Origin: a candidate division WOR-3 bacterium | GTDB taxonomy: Bacteria; Hydrothermota; Hydrothermia; B15-G9; WFZT01 | Direction: 5' to 3' | NCBI GenBank assembly: GCA_027053075.1 | Contig: JALUEE010000017.1 | Location: 1-56,160, forward strand | DNA: 56,160 nucleotides | Shown here: piece by piece, positions 56,121 to 56,160 of the stretch | Layout: every line of letters begins with the position of its first letter | How positions within the stretch are numbered: position 1 is the stretch's first letter | Position numbers and translations under genes: made by a program | The notes under the pieces: model-generated | Told to the model about the DNA's origin: nothing | Database searches by the model: none | Seen by the model: the letters and a program-made list of their open reading frames with translations, nothing else

Positions 56121-56160
56121 GGGCTTTGTATGGAGTTAATTTAGGTGGGCGGCGGCCCGT

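Overview
This is a chromosomal window from a diderm bacterium. The T9SS-type C-terminal domain, Lgt/LolCD-type genes, NapC/NrfH cytochrome and Lys/Glu-rich proteins suggest an FCB-affiliated, possibly thermophilic lineage such as WOR-3; that assignment is inference only. The window contains the replication origin (dnaA-oriC-dnaN, with DnaA boxes and DnaA-trios) and a parS site hidden in a glycosyltransferase gene. Housekeeping content includes panB, murJ, trmFO-xerC, gltX, lgt, recD2, pyrE, mscS, lolCD-type genes, lysS and tRNA-Thr(CGT). The best candidate for an undescribed system is at 36.2-40.0 kb. Three identical 17-bp palindromes and a sigma54-type -24/-12 promoter precede a ZU5-like lipoprotein ending in an HF|T autoproteolysis motif, followed by a small ORF, a TPR-only protein and a TPR-HD-GYP phosphodiesterase. 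This may be a self-cleaving surface-signal / TPR-receptor / cyclic-dinucleotide circuit. Other notable items are a Hanks kinase-UvrD/PcrA fusion, several families of intergenic GC-rich palindromic elements (some flanked by 14-17 bp duplications), several apparently leaderless genes, and an AT-rich KAP NTPase. No CRISPR array, rRNA, prophage or transposase was seen. All calls come from reading the sequence and ORF track, with no database searches.
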